Assembly: GCA_964016885.1 (NCBI GenBank)
Contig: OZ024747.1
Location: forward strand, 90,334,001-90,398,000
DNA: 64,000 nucleotides
From: Eledone cirrhosa
Taxonomy: Eukaryota
Reading direction: 5' to 3'
The translations under genes were made by a program, and so were the position numbers. The notes under the pieces are model-generated. The model did no database searches. It was not told the origin of the DNA and saw only the letters and a program-made list of their open reading frames with translations. Shown one piece after another: positions 13,646 to 26,880 of the stretch (within the stretch, counting starts at the first letter, position 1; every line of letters starts with the position of its first letter).

Positions 13646-14024
13646 CCCTTTAGCATTTAAACCAGCCATATCCAGCCAGAATTTGCTCATCTCTTTCTGT
13701 TAAAACCAGCTGTAACTTGTTACTCATAATGATGTTAAGGTATTGTTCTAAAAAAAAATAGTATCAAAATCTCATAGATTCGATATTATGTGAGATAATT
13801 GTGTGCCTTTACAATGAAAATATAATAGTATATATAGAATAATTGTTTCTACTTTTAGCACAAGGCCAGCAAATTACCCAGTACATTACTGGTACTTTAT
13901 TTTATCGATCCCATAAGGAGGATAGGCAAAGTTAAGCTCGACGGGATTTGAACTGAGACCATAAAGTGACGTAACTATGCTGGAAAGAATGGTGTCCGAC
14001 CCTCTACCAGTAAATGCTAAAGAG
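13646..14024. mobile_element. TTAA-specific MITE carrying a SINE
   Basis: Same termini and internal sequence, with a SINE near the right end. Confidence 0.8.
13844..14010 (-). mobile_element. tRNA-derived SINE copy (5'-truncated) inside TTAA MITE
   Basis: Same family, with the same junction GTATATATAGAATAAT|TGTTTCTA. Confidence 0.8.
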
Positions 14025-14904
14025 TTAAATGTGAACAATTTAAAACAGACTGTATTTTGCCAGTGTCTGAGGTGTGTTATTATAAAAAGGGTTAAAGTAT
14101 TGAACCTTATTGACCTACATGGTGATGTGATCAAACCTTATCATAACTATTATGTTGTGTCCCTTGAACAAGGAACACAATCCTGTTTGCTTGAATTAAC
14201 TTGACAGACAACACATTCCACTCCTACTTCACAGTTCAATGACTTAATTCAATTACTCTGTCCAAAGAAAAGGAAAACAACAAGCAAACAGCAAGACTTA
14301 TGTTAACAAGAAAAAAATTAGATTTAACACAGGAAGAAAAAAATATATATATACAAGAGAAATTTAATAAAAAAAAACAAAAAAAAAAACAGAATAAATA
14401 AATATAGAAATAAAAAATAAATATAATATAAAGAAAATTTGATATTAAAAATAAAAGAAATAAAATATAGATTATAAAAAAAGCATATTAAAAACAAAAC
14501 AAATATTTTTTTTTTTAAATAACATATTTAAAAATACAGAAATAAAAAATAGATATTACAAAAACTATAAAATACAAAACAGTGAAAAAAAGACAAAATG
14601 AAATTAACTGATACTATAGATTTCTAATTAAAGAAATATTTCCAATATTGCAAAGCTTCATATATTTCGATGATTTAGTTTCAATTTCAATGAGGAACAA
14701 CTGCAAATGAATCTGAAAACATAAATCAAATTAAAAAGATATTGAAATATAATAAAGATGTCATTTATAGTCAACTCTGTTGTACAAAGGTTTTTAACAA
14801 AATGTTTAACTCTTAACATCCTCTTATGATTTAGCATAAAGTTGATTCATGTAATGCTGCTACTTCTCTGAATTGAGATATCATAGCTCCAATATTACTT
14901 AACT

Positions 14905-15660
14905 TGACAGAAGGTCATTTCTGACATACACTTGATAGGTTTGATGTATGTTGCATGGCTGGAATGAAAATCAGTGCTGCAAAGACTGAGACATTTGTCC
15001 TCTCAAGGAAGCCTGCATAATGCACCCTACATGTGAATGGTGTTCCATTGAAGCGGGTGGAGGAGTGCAAGTATCTTAGAGCCGTGTACATGAGCTATGG
15101 AAGGCAGGAGGCTGAATTAAGTACAAGAATTGCAGGAGCTGGTGCACCAGCATTCGGTAATTATAAGAAGGGAGGTAAGTGTAAAAGCCAAACTCACTAT
15201 CTTCAATTCGATGTTTGTGCCAGCCCTCACCTATGGTAATGAATCTTGGGTAATGACCAAAAGAATATGATCGCAAATACAAGCAGCTGAAATGGGGTTC
15301 CTCCAAAGGGTCTTTGGAGTAATGTTACTCAATAGAGTGTGTAGCTTGGAGACCAAAGAGTCACTCCAGGTAGAGCTGCTATTTCTCTGAAATGAGAGAT
15401 TACAGCTCCGATATTATGGACATGTTGTTAGAAAGTCTCAGGAAAGAATTGCTGGATGGATTTTAGGGGCAAAACCTAACTGGTAGGAGACCCAAGGGTA
15501 GACCCCAAGGATGATGGCTGGATAATATCCATGAGCTGGTCTCACTTGGGGATCCAGCCAGATCAATTGGAGACAGTTGCTTATGACGGGATCTGCTGGA
15601 AGGAGTACTTGAGGACTCTACCCCCAAAACTCTCCCAGAAATAAGAGGGTAAAAAAGAAG
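14905..15660 (+). mobile_element. 5'-truncated, degraded RTE-clade LINE (3' part of RT ORF)
   Basis: Frames give GMKISAAKTE, LKRVEECKYL, PALTYGNESWVMT, IQAAEMGFLQRV, YYGHVVR and GRRPKGRP. Confidence 0.8.
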
Positions 15661-16186
15661 ACGTAATAGTTGTTTTATAAAAATGTGTCATATAGTTGAA
15701 ACTAGTCTGGCTATGAGGGGTTGAATATGAAGTGACCAGGGCATACACAACCACATTTATATATAAAACCCCCAAAATTCTTTCTTACCAAGGCAGTGAC
15801 TGTTGTAACACTGCACTTTTGAGCAATCAATGTATCCTGTGGTGAGTACATTTTCTCATTTACTTAAGCTGGAAGCTGAGCTAAATCATTAGTTGTTGAA
15901 GAAAGTTTTTAATTTAACTGAACTCTTATGGTTTATATATTAAATAAAGTTTATACTAAAGTTATAGCAATTTATTCAATGACTGTAATATGAACAGAGT
16001 TCTGCATACTGAAAGATGTAACACATTACTTCTCAATTAGTATCATGCTCCTCATAGTTCAAACACTAGTAATGTACATTTTGAAACTTTCTTGTTGGTA
16101 TTTCAGTTATTTATTAAACTTCAAATATCATGAAATATTTGAATTCATCAGTGATTATGATAACATGGCTGCAATAAATTACTTAA

Positions 16187-16372
16187 CTCTTTACCATTTA
16201 CATTACTCTATATTTACTATTTTCACAGTAAATGCTTTACCTCATATAATATCGAATCTATGAGATTTTGATATTATTTATTTCGAGAAAATTACCTTAA
16301 CATAAGTATGCATGGTTGGTTATGGCCAGTTTGAATAGAAAGAGGTGAGAGAATTCTGGCTGGATATTGCTG
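16187..16372 (-). mobile_element. TTAA-specific MITE, partial reverse copy
   Basis: Reverse complement of the family's internal sequence, with only one terminus present. Confidence 0.7.
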
Positions 16373-17106
16373 AAAGAACATCTACATTAAACAAAGGAAT
16401 AAGGACATTTAGAGACACCAGCTCACCACTGGCAAACAACAGCCAACTGATTCCTGGCTCAACTTTCTCAAGTCATAGAACTACAGGCTAAAGCAATGTT
16501 GTTGGAACTATATACAACATATTCAAACAAGCTTGCTTTTATTTCTGGTATAAATATCAATACAAATAGCATTTATAATTTTCAATTTGAAAGTTAAAAG
16601 CATCAATGTTGTTTGACAACGAAACAGTCTATTAAGTTAGACTTATAAACCCTGGAAATGGACAGGTGGTGCTGTACAAATTTTTTTGTGTCTCTAAGTT
16701 TTATATGCCTAACGTAGGCTATTCTTCATAGTCAAACAACATTGATTCTTCTAACTTTCAAATTCAAAAACTTTCTATTGCTCGACAGTTCTAAAAATAG
16801 ATTGTTAACATTTATATTATTTGAGAATAAACTGCTAAATAAGGAAGCATAATTTTCACAAGAATGCCAATAGTTTCAATCAACATATCACAGACACTCT
16901 TACCGTTACAAAGAGAGGTGTTGAATAGGAATCTAGTTTCCCATAAGTGTTTTGTATGTGTGTATGTATATATGTATATGTGTGAATTGGTGTATGTGCG
17001 TGTGTGTGTGTATATTGGTGTGCATGCATGTATCTATGTATATTTGTAAATTGGTGTATGTGCATGTGTGTATATAGGTGTGCGTGCTTGTATATATGTT
17101 TATGTG

Positions 17107-18820
17107 TGTAACAAACACATTTTTTTTCTCTGTTCCTGGCTTGTAATCACTTTTTTGTGTTGCTTAGGTCCCAAATAAATAAAAAAGTGCTATTAAACAG
17201 TTAAAAGTTGGGGTTTGTAAAAATTCTAAGCTATTCACTAGAATTATTTGTATGCTGGATTTTACGTTATATGTAAGTTTAATTTGCTTATGTTAAATGA
17301 TTTTTTATATATATGTTTCAGGTTAAATTAAAATTATAAAATAAAGAGTAATACCTAAAGAAAATTATAAAAGTGCAATAAAGTATAAAATTGTTAAAAA
17401 GTGGATTAAAGAGATTTATTGATACTGGATTTTCGCACCCTGAATAAAGGGTAAGTTGTGTTTTAAGCATTCGTCTCCAGAATGAAGCAGTGGAACTTGG
17501 TCAAGGAAGAAGTGCAGGTGACAAGTCAGAGAAGTCGACACGAACCTTTCTCAGGCTTTTACACTCTTAGGGATGGCCTCTGCTTCTGCCATGACGTGCC
17601 TTGACTGTTTGACGTTATTGGGGTGCCGTTTGTGCCCAAGGAGTGACAGCTGTTTATAGACAGCTCCACCACAAGTTTGAAGGCTGTCCTCCTCCACAAT
17701 GGAAACAAGTTCCCGACACTGCCCCTAGCTCATTCAGTCTGCCTGAAGGAAGATTACTACAGTGTGAAAGTCCTCTTGAAAGCTCTGCAATACAACCAGT
17801 ACAATTGGGAAATCATTGGAGACTTCAAGATGGTGGCTTTCCTGCTTGGACTCCAAGGAGGCTTTATCAAATTCCAATGCTTCCTCTGCCTTTTGGACAG
17901 CAGAGCCACCTCTGACCACTACAAAAGAAAGAACTGGGAGCAGCGAACAGAATTTGTAGTTGGGACCCGGAACGTCATGTGGGAGCCACTGGTTGATCCC
18001 AGGATTGTGCTCATGCTGCCACTGCACATTAAGTTGGGGTTGATGAAGCAGTTTGTGAAGGCTCTCAACCCAGAATCAGTCGCTTTTAAGTACCTTCTTG
18101 AGTTCTTCCCCAAGTTATCTGAGGCCAAAATCAAAGGTGGAATTTTTGTTGGACCTCAGATAAAGAAGGTGTTTGAGTCTACTGAGTTCTCCAATAAGCT
18201 CAATAGGATTGAGAGAACAGCATGGAACTGTTTCAAGGCAGTTGTTAAGGGCTTCCTGGGCAACTACAGAGCTGAAAACTACCAGCAACTGGTGCAGGAT
18301 CTGATAAAGGCTTTTGGCGCCATGGGATGCAGAATGTCGCTTAAACTCCATATGTTGGACGCTCACCTGTAAAAATTCAAGGACAATATGGGCACCTACT
18401 CAGAAGAACAAGGCGAACGATTCCACCAAGATGTGAAAGAGATAGAGCGGAGGTGCCAGGGCCACTTCAATGAAAAAATGATGGGGGACTATATCTGGGG
18501 GCTAGTGCGGGAATGCGACCTGGACTACAACCGCAAATCCAGGAAATCCAGTCATTTATAAGTGTTATTTGTTTTTTCTTGTTTGCTTTTGATAAGCTTG
18601 TGTAATAAAATAAATATATACTCTGTTGATTTAATTATATAAACTGATAAATTTTAAAAAAATGTGTTTTTTCTTGAAAAATATGAAAATTTTGAAATAT
18701 CAAACTCCTGACCACAAACCCAAACTTCTGATTAAATAATAGTGTTTTTTTTATAATAATGGGATATAACAAACCATGAAATGACACTTAGAACCGGGGA
18801 ACAAAAAATATGTTACAGGT
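17107..18820 (+). mobile_element. Internally deleted DNA transposon, probably CMC/Chapaev3-like
   Basis: Transposase relic with degraded termini: TGTAACA..TTTT..TGTTCC on the left and GGGACAAAAAATATGTTACAGGTG on the right. Family assignment is from recalled motif similarity. Confidence 0.6.
17467..18561 (+). pseudogene. Transposase pseudogene (C-terminal catalytic part)
   Basis: A single frame reads SRMKQWNL..FCHDV..E*QLFIDSS..LKAVLLHNGN..GDFKMV..CFLC..PLHIKLGLMKQFVKAL..GIFVGPQI..MSLKLH..HL*..YSEEQGERFHQD..MMGDYIW, with three in-frame stops. Confidence 0.85.
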
Positions 18821-19133
18821 GTGGATTGCAAAATGAGTTAATCTGTTGTTGTAATGGCATTATTATATTTAGACTCTGTTTAGCTCTACACCTTGCTACA
18901 GACATGATCCTAAACATCGAGTGCTCACGTGGGTGAACCTACAGTAGCTTCACGTTACACTCCCTGGGTATATATATATATATATATATATAATCAAAAA
19001 TTTAACAAGGTTCATTGATTAACCAATGAATAAAGTTTTACAATAGATTAGAAGCACTCAACAAAGAGGTTTTCTGGAGTTATTAATATTACTTCAAAAT
19101 ATTAATAAATATAGACATTTATGTGATCAAATA

Positions 19134-19199
19134 TATTTTATTATACATATTTCAAGAGTACTGAGCTATTTCATCAGTACGTCCTCATCAGATAAAATA
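19134..19199 (-). ncRNA. Minimal type-I hammerhead ribozyme motif in PLE pseudo-LTR
   Basis: Reverse complement: TATTTTAT-CTGATGA-ggacGTACTGA..TCAGTACtctt-GAAA-TATGTA-TA-ATAAAATA. Confidence 0.75.
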
Positions 19200-19927
19200 A
19201 ATTCATGTCTGACATCAACTGTGCTGATGTTTCAATTCCAGTCTTGGCAGTGATTAGTTATGACAAAACTCAATATTTATATACCATAAGTTGTAACATG
19301 ACAAACTACATACAACTGAGAGGGTACGTATGAGAACTTGTATAAAAAATATAATAAGTATATATAAAAAATATATAAAGACAAGACAAAAAATATATAA
19401 ACCTACAACTAGATAACTGTTAAAAATTTAAATAATTAAATATGTAAACATCTGTATTAGAGAAGGAGCATATGAGAGAAAAAGAGAGCTAAATAAAGGA
19501 GAGTAAGAAAAAAAATATAGAGAGATGATACTAAAAACAAAGAGGGGAGATATGTATTGTATATTATAATTACTCTAGGAAAAGAAGAATAAAGGTATGT
19601 GATGCGTGACCGTTTTTTTTTCAAATATTAAGTTAGGTAGAAATAATCAATTAAATATGATGAAATTTTTAGTCTATAATATTTGAAAGAAGTTATACTA
19701 TTATATTATATCATAGTTAAAACAATATAAAATGAAAAAGATAATTTGACATAATTTCAAGGGTAAACATGGGTATATTTAAATTAGTAAATATACTCAA
19801 TAATTTGGTTACAAAAATCAAAATAAAAAATATTATTAACTAACAATGGTGCTTATAAATATAGTAAATATGGTATTATTAAACCGGACTTAATTAGATA
19901 TCATCATTTGTATAGTTCTTTTATAAA

Positions 19928-20545
19928 CTAATTTTTAAAGAATTCTATAATTGTTTTCTTTACCCTATTTAGTTCACTATTGCTATGTTTAACTACAGTA
20001 AATAATATATCATCCCTATATAAACCACCGGTAATCTCCGGCAGTTTTCTATTTATTGTATTAAGGATAAAAATTCCCAGAAGATCGGTAATCTGCGCAG
20101 AATCAGACGATCCCATGGTAATATCGAAATTTTTATGCCTATCAGCACGAGTCCAAAAATCATTATTAAATCAAGGTTCGTCTAGCCGTTAATATGATAT
20201 TAATCTCCTCACTAGATATATCAGTGTGTTTAAATGCGTAAGATAAAGCCTTATTCAAAAGATTAGGTGTTATAGATGAGTAGCAACTCGCTATGTCCAT
20301 TTGAATAAATTTATGATCTTTCTTATTTTCAATGTTCTTAAACCAATCTATTACTTCACTAGTGTCCTTCCATAAGTTAAGCTTTGACTTCAATTTCAAT
20401 GTTGGCAAAATTCTATCTATAATATTTTTACTAATTATTCCAATGTCCGACTTAGAAGGTGCTATAAGTCTAAGCGGCAAGTCTTCTTCGAAATTTCCTT
20501 TGTGGTGTTTAAAATTTATCCTCGGTTGCCTTGGTATGAAAATTG
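19928..20545 (-). pseudogene. Penelope-like reverse transcriptase fragment (YRDD type), frameshifted and truncated
   Basis: Minus-strand ORFs give RLIAPSKSDIGIISK, FIQMDIASCYSSIT (motif A), MGSSDSAQITDLLG (motif B) and GLYRDD (motif C). Confidence 0.85.
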
Positions 20546-21407
20546 ATTAATAATCTGTACTTAACTTGATTTATAGTATTGACTACGGTAAAATTTAGTT
20601 AAATCAAAATAATAATACTCTTTAGTGTAATTATAACTAATAATTAATCTTATATATAATTGATAGATATCGATTTAAATCATATAGTTTATAAAAGAAC
20701 TATACAAATGATAATATCTAATTAAGTCCGGTTTAATAATATCATATTTACTATATTTATAAGCACCATTGTTAGTTAATAATATTTTTAATTTTGATTT
20801 TTGTAACCAAATTATTGAGTATATTTACTAATTTAAATATACCCATGTTTACCCTTGAAATTATGTCAAATTATCTTTTTCATTTTATATTGTTTTAACT
20901 ATGATATAATATAATAGTATAACTTCTTTCAAATATTATAGACTAAAAATTTCATCATATTTAATTGATTATTTCTTAATATTTGATATATTTGAAAAAA
21001 AAACGGTCACGCATCACATACCTTTATTCTTCTTTTCCTTGAGTAATTATAATATACAATACATATCTCCCCTCTTTGTTTTTAGTATCATCTCTCTATT
21101 TTTTTTCTTACTCTCCCTTATTTTGCTCTCTCTTTCTCTCATTTTCTCCTTCTCTAATACAGATGTTTACATATTTAATTATTTAAATTTTTAAGAGTTA
21201 TGTAGTTGTAGGTTTATATATTTTTTGCTTTTCTTTATATATTTTTTATATATACTTAATATATTTTTTATACAAGTTCTCATACGTACCCTCTCAGTTG
21301 TAAGTAGTTTGTCATGTTACAACTTATGGTATATAAATATTGAGTTTTGTCATAACTAATCACTGCCAAGACTGGAATTGAAACATCAGGTATGTCAGAC
21401 ATCAATT

Positions 21408-21473
21408 TATTTTATCTGATGAGGACGTACCGATGAAATAGCTCAGTACCCCTGAAATATGTATAATAAAATA
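21408..21473 (+). ncRNA. Minimal type-I hammerhead ribozyme motif (inverted copy in second pseudo-LTR)
   Basis: TATTTTAT-CTGATGA-ggacGTAC..GTACccct-GAAA-TATGTA-TA-ATAAAATA. Confidence 0.7.
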
Positions 21474-21767
21474 TATTTGATCACATAAATGTCTATATTT
21501 ATTAATATTTTGAAGTAATATATATATATATATTTATACTATAAAGTATGTCCATAGAATCATTTGATATTATATATACACCATTTCCTCTCCCAATTAG
21601 CATAATCAACCACACATATCAAATGATTCTATGGACATACTTTATAGTATATTTCTCTGATTATTTAATTTATTAATTCATCATTGAGCTACATCGTGAA
21701 TGGTTGCCAAAACATATATATATCTGTGACTTTGTCTAGTTTGTGTATATGTAAATCTTTATATATA

Positions 21768-22359
21768 TATATGTATAGAAATTTCGTATTGCTAAAGAAA
21801 TACGGTTTTAGGAAGCTGTAGCTATGCAAACACTGGGGCTAACGCCCTCTGGTGGTGTCCAGCAGAAGCAAGGGGCACAACCATCTATGCATTTCAGGCT
21901 TGACTGGCCTTCGTCAGGACGGTCCCTCCCACCGCTTGCAACTGCTGGACTTGAAAACAGTCGAGAATATATAGTTTTCTCGTCTGTGTAAATCAGATGA
22001 TTAATCTCATTTGCATATGAAGCTGCATAAGTTGGCTCAACTTATAATAGAAAAGAAATAAAATTTCGCTTCAAGCATAGCTTTAAACAATATGTCCTGG
22101 ACACCACCAGAGGGCATTAGCCTCAGTGTTTGCATAGCTACGGCTTCCTAAAACTGTATTTCTTTAGCAATACAAAATTTCTATACATATTGTATAAAGC
22201 TATGCTTGAAGCGAAATCTTATTTCTTTTCTATTATAAGTTGAGCCAACTTATGCAGCTTCATATGCAAATGAGATTAATCACCTCATTTACATAGACGA
22301 GAAAACTATATATTCTCGACTGTTTTCAAGTCCAGCAGTTGCAAGCGGTGGGAGGGACC
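21768..22359 (-). mobile_element. Interleaved double inverted-repeat cassette with hammerhead
   Basis: A (21768-21862) pairs with A' (22097-22190), and B (21921-22085) pairs with B' (22195-22359). The hammerhead lies between A and B. Confidence 0.7.
21880..21923 (-). ncRNA. Minimal type-I hammerhead ribozyme motif (best-formed copy)
   Basis: Reverse complement: ACCGTC-CTGACGA-AGGCcagtcaaGCCT-GAAA-TGCA-TA-GATGGT. All stems pair and stem III is the palindrome TGCA. Confidence 0.85.
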
Positions 22360-22962
22360 AATGAATTATTGACTTGATTTTCTCATTTTTTCCTCTCTTT
22401 ACGTTGCCTCACCATTCATGTTTGTTTACCTGTCTCTCTTTCTCCACCCAACTCTTTTTATCCCAATAACTTAATTTAGTTATTGTATCGCCCTAGCTTG
22501 AGGTATATGGTCGGTAATGCGAAGAATTATGATGGCTAGTAGACCACTGATGACGGATATTCCTGGCTTCTATTTCTAATTCTTCATTTATTATATATAT
22601 CATATTTGCAACAACACAGCTCGCCATTTTTCATTTATATATATATATATATACATATATATATAGATAGATAGATAGATACAAGCACACATATACATAT
22701 ATACAAATGCATAAATCACTTTTCAATGAAGATATCTGGTAGAAACCTTAGATATTTCTATTTCCTCTCGGCAACCTAATACACCTCATTTTTGTTTACA
22801 TACATGAAAATAGAAATATATGATCTCACACACACACACATACACACACCCACAAACACAGACAAACTCATATACACACACATATGCAAACACAAGCAGA
22901 CACACTCACAAAGAGGCACATTCAAAATATTTACACATATATAAACATCAAATGCATATTTG

Positions 22963-23006
<44 letters not shown>

Positions 23007-23759
23007 AATATATATATAAACACACACATATATATATGTATATATATATATATATATATACACACACGCATATATATATATATATATATATGAAAACAAA
23101 AAACAATACTGATAGACTTATAGCAATGTTGTATTTTCTGCATATAAAAATTAAAATTTCTGATAAGAAAGTGGTATTCTAGTTGATATGTCTGTGTATT
23201 TGAGAGAAAGAGAAAAAGATTTCAATATTTTGAATAAGAACAAAAAACAACTAATTCACACAGAATCCAATTAACTAGAAAGGTTTTCATTTCAATGCTA
23301 AAAATTTATTCTTTTCAGAGAATTGAAAAGAAATGAGATTAAATGTCTATCTAGATTATGGCCAAAGAGGGTATGTATGGCTTTTATTGTGTACTTTAGT
23401 AGAAGAAGGACTTAGTTTTTATTTCTAAGGAAATTTCTTCACATCCATTTTATCATCTTCAAATTTCTTCTTAATCCTTCCTTGTATAGGATATTATAAT
23501 AGTTAAGACAATCATTTTTTGTTGTTCAAAAATACCTTGTATATAAACAAATTTAAGGTAGTTTCAACAGAACCATTTTATCATACGTCACTTCATATTT
23601 GTTAATGCTATTTTCCTGTGTTTAGCGCCATCTTCCACCTGCTTGCAACATTCTCCTTGTGTTAACATCAACTCCCTCTTGTTAACACCATTTCCCACCT
23701 GATAATGCCAGTATACATCATCTACTTTTTGTTAATGCCACCTCACATATTTCTACACT

Positions 23760-25172
23760 ATCTCCCACCTGTTAACACTACCTTACATACCTCCCACCTG
23801 CTGACACTTACCTCCCACCTGACACCACCTCCCACCTGGTGACACTACCTCCCACCTGCTACCCCCCCCCCCGTATGATACTTACCTCTCACCTGGTGAC
23901 ACCTACCTCTCGCCTGCTGCCAACACCTCCCACCTGGCACCACCTCTCACCTGCTAACACCACCTCCCACCTGACACCACCTCCCACCTGCTAACACCAC
24001 CTCTCACCTGCTAACACCACCTCCCACCTGACACCACCTCCCACCTGCTAACACCACCTCCCACCTGCTAACACCACCTCCCACCTGCTAACACCACCTC
24101 CCACCTGATGACACCACCTCCCACCTGCTAACACCACCTCCCACCTGCTAACACCACCTCCCACCTGCTAACACCACCTCCCACCTAATAACACAACCTC
24201 CCACCTGACACCACCTGACACCACCTCCCACCTGACACCACCTCCCACCTAACACCACCTCCCACCTGGTGACACCCACCTCCTACCTGGTGACACCCAC
24301 CTCCTACCTGACACCACCTTCCACCTGCTAACACCACCCCCGACCTGCTGACACCTACCTCCCACCTGCTAACACCACCTCCCATCTGATACTTACCTCT
24401 CACCTGGTGACACCAACGTCTCACCTGCTAACACCACCTCCCACCTAACACCAGCCCCCACCTGCTAACACCATATCACATTTGTTAATATACCCACCCA
24501 CACTTGTTAACACTACCCAACCACACCTGTTAACACTACCTACCCACTATTCACACCTGTTACCACTACCCACCCACACCTGTTAACACTACCTCACACC
24601 TGTTAACACTACCCATCCACACCTGTTAACACCACCCCATCACACCTGTTAATACTGCCCCACCACACCTGTTAACACCACTTCACACCTGTTACCACTA
24701 CCCACCCACACCTGTTAACACTACCTCACACCTGTTAACACTACCCATCCACACCTGTTAACACCACTTCACACCTGTTAACACTACCCACCCACACCTG
24801 TTAACACCAGCCCACCACACATGTTAACACCCCCCTCCCCCACCACACCTGTTAACACCACTTCACACTTGTTAACACCACCCCACCACACCCGTTAACA
24901 CCATTTCACACCTGTTAACACGACTTCACACTTGTTAACACCACCCCACCACACCTGTTAACACCATTTCACACCTGTTAACACGACTTCACACTTGTTA
25001 ACACCACCCCACCACACCTGTTAACACCATTTCACACCTGTTAACACGACTTCACACTTGTTAACACCACCCCACCACACCTGTTAACACCACTTCACAC
25101 CTGTTAACACTAATTCACACTTGTTAACACCACCTTCTACCTGTTAACATCACCTCACAGGTGTTAACATCA
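23760..25172. repeat. ~20-bp C/A-rich minisatellite with drifting unit
   Basis: CCACCTGCTAACACCACCTC units change into CACACCTGTTAACACCAC-type units. A 63-bp trimer repeat has CGAC at 24921, 24984 and 25047. Confidence 0.9.
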
Positions 25173-25690
25173 CCCCTATCTTCAACCTTTAAAACCTCCA
25201 TGCTTTCTGAAATTTTGCCAACACTACACCTGATATCCCCCCTCCATACACATGCACACATGTTCAGTTTCACTGTTCAGTTTCCTGACATTTGTACATT
25301 ATTCTATGTATTACACATGCACCTTTGATGAGTTGTATTGCACCTGAGCACTGTACATAATAATTTCATTATTATTATTATTAAAATCAGGACTTATTTA
25401 TTAACATTACCTCACTCCAGTAAATACCATTTCTCATCTATTCACACCAGCTCCATCTCACCTGTAGCAAACCACCTTCTGTCAGCTAACATCAACTCCT
25501 CACTGTGTATGCCACAAACTGTAACTTGATTTGTAAATATAGGCCCAAAGTCTCATTTTGGGAGAAGGAGTATAACTAATATTTGTTTCTACTTTTGACA
25601 CAGAGGCAGCAATCACCCAGGGCATTACTGTTACTTTATTTTATTGATGAATTGTAGTTCACCTAAGCACTGTACACAATAATTTTCATT

Positions 25691-25885
25691 GCGGTGGATT
25701 GGCAGTATCGGTAGAGAGTCGGACGCCATACTTTAACGCATAGAGTTATGGCCCTTGCCATTCTGAGTTCAAATCCCACCGAGGTTAACTTTGCCTTTCA
25801 TCCTTACGGGGTCGATAAAATAAAGTACCAGTAATACACTGGGTAATTGCTGGCCTTGTGCCAAAAGTAGAAACAATTATTATTA
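25691..25885 (+). mobile_element. tRNA-derived SINE (near full length)
   Basis: A-box-like TGGCAGTATCGG, B-box GAGTTCAAATCC, central CTTTGCCTTTCATCCTTACGGGGTCGATAAAATAAAGTACCAG (resembles the Meta/MESC domain) and an (ATT)n tail. Confidence 0.85.
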
Positions 25886-26639
25886 TTTTATAATTTAACA
25901 AAGGTTTTTACATAAAATTATGATGGAAGATTTTTAGATAAACCTAAATTCTTTTAAATAAATAGTTTTTGTTTCATAGAACCAAGGAAAGTTTCAGGCA
26001 ATTATGTTAATGGTTTCGCTTAACCACTAGCTTCTACAAACCATATATTAACACCACTTTTCCTAAGTAAAGTCCACTTTTCCACTGTTGAAATTATTCC
26101 CATCCTTTCATTAACACCACCTGCCACCACCTGCCACCACCATAATAAGGTGGTGGCCAGTCACAGAGATTATAATGGAAGAAAGCTGGAAGCTGCCAGT
26201 AATGTTGATGAAAAGCAATAAAGGTGTTATAGCATCTAATAAATAAAATCTATCTGTAGCTACAAGTCTATTGGTTTAGAATTAAGAGAGCAGATGTAGT
26301 TACATGGGTAGATATAATCACAAAGATATGTATATTCATAAGGAAATATCTATACCTATTTTTTGTACTCACAAAGAGAGATGTTTTCACAAGGATAAAT
26401 GATTTCACAAGGGTAGATGTACTTTTAAGGGTGAATACATTCACAAGGATATGTGTACTCTTAAGGATGTACAAACAAAGCTAGATATATATATAGAGAT
26501 AGATGTAGGTATGAATATGTATTGAGAGCCTTACTTAGCCAGAATGTAGCTATAATACTCTATCCTATAATAGTTTAAATAAATCTACTATAGTCCATTC
26601 TATCTTAGTTTTAATCTTTTCATTATTATATGAAATACA

Positions 26640-26794
26640 CCATGCTTTGCTGCATAGTTACGGCCCTTTACGGTCTGAGTTCAAATCCTGCCGAGGTTAA
26701 TTTTGCCTTTCATCCTTACGTGGTCGATAAAATAAAGTACCAGTAATGCACTGGGATAATTGCTGGCCTTGTGCCAATAGTAGAAACAATTATT
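26640..26794 (+). mobile_element. tRNA-derived SINE copy (5'-truncated)
   Basis: GAGTTCAAATCC B-box plus the central domain and tail. Confidence 0.8.
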
Positions 26795-26880
26795 ATATAC
26801 ACTATATTTAGATTAACTAATAAAGAATTTGAAGGGTTTTACCATAATTTATTTCAATGAATGAACAAATCTTATCCTCT

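Larger units (their letters stand above)
18990..21521 (-). mobile_element. Penelope-like element remnant: RT fragment between ~840-bp inverted pseudo-LTRs
   Basis: Arms ~19086-19930 and ~20685-21521 are reverse complements and each carries a hammerhead motif. Flanked by (TA)n. Confidence 0.85.

Noticed and set aside
22547-22575. CTGATGA motif
   Set aside because: No downstream stem II-GAAA.
25691-25785. tRNA gene
   Set aside because: A/B boxes are present but there is no cloverleaf. It continues into a SINE body found in many copies in the window.
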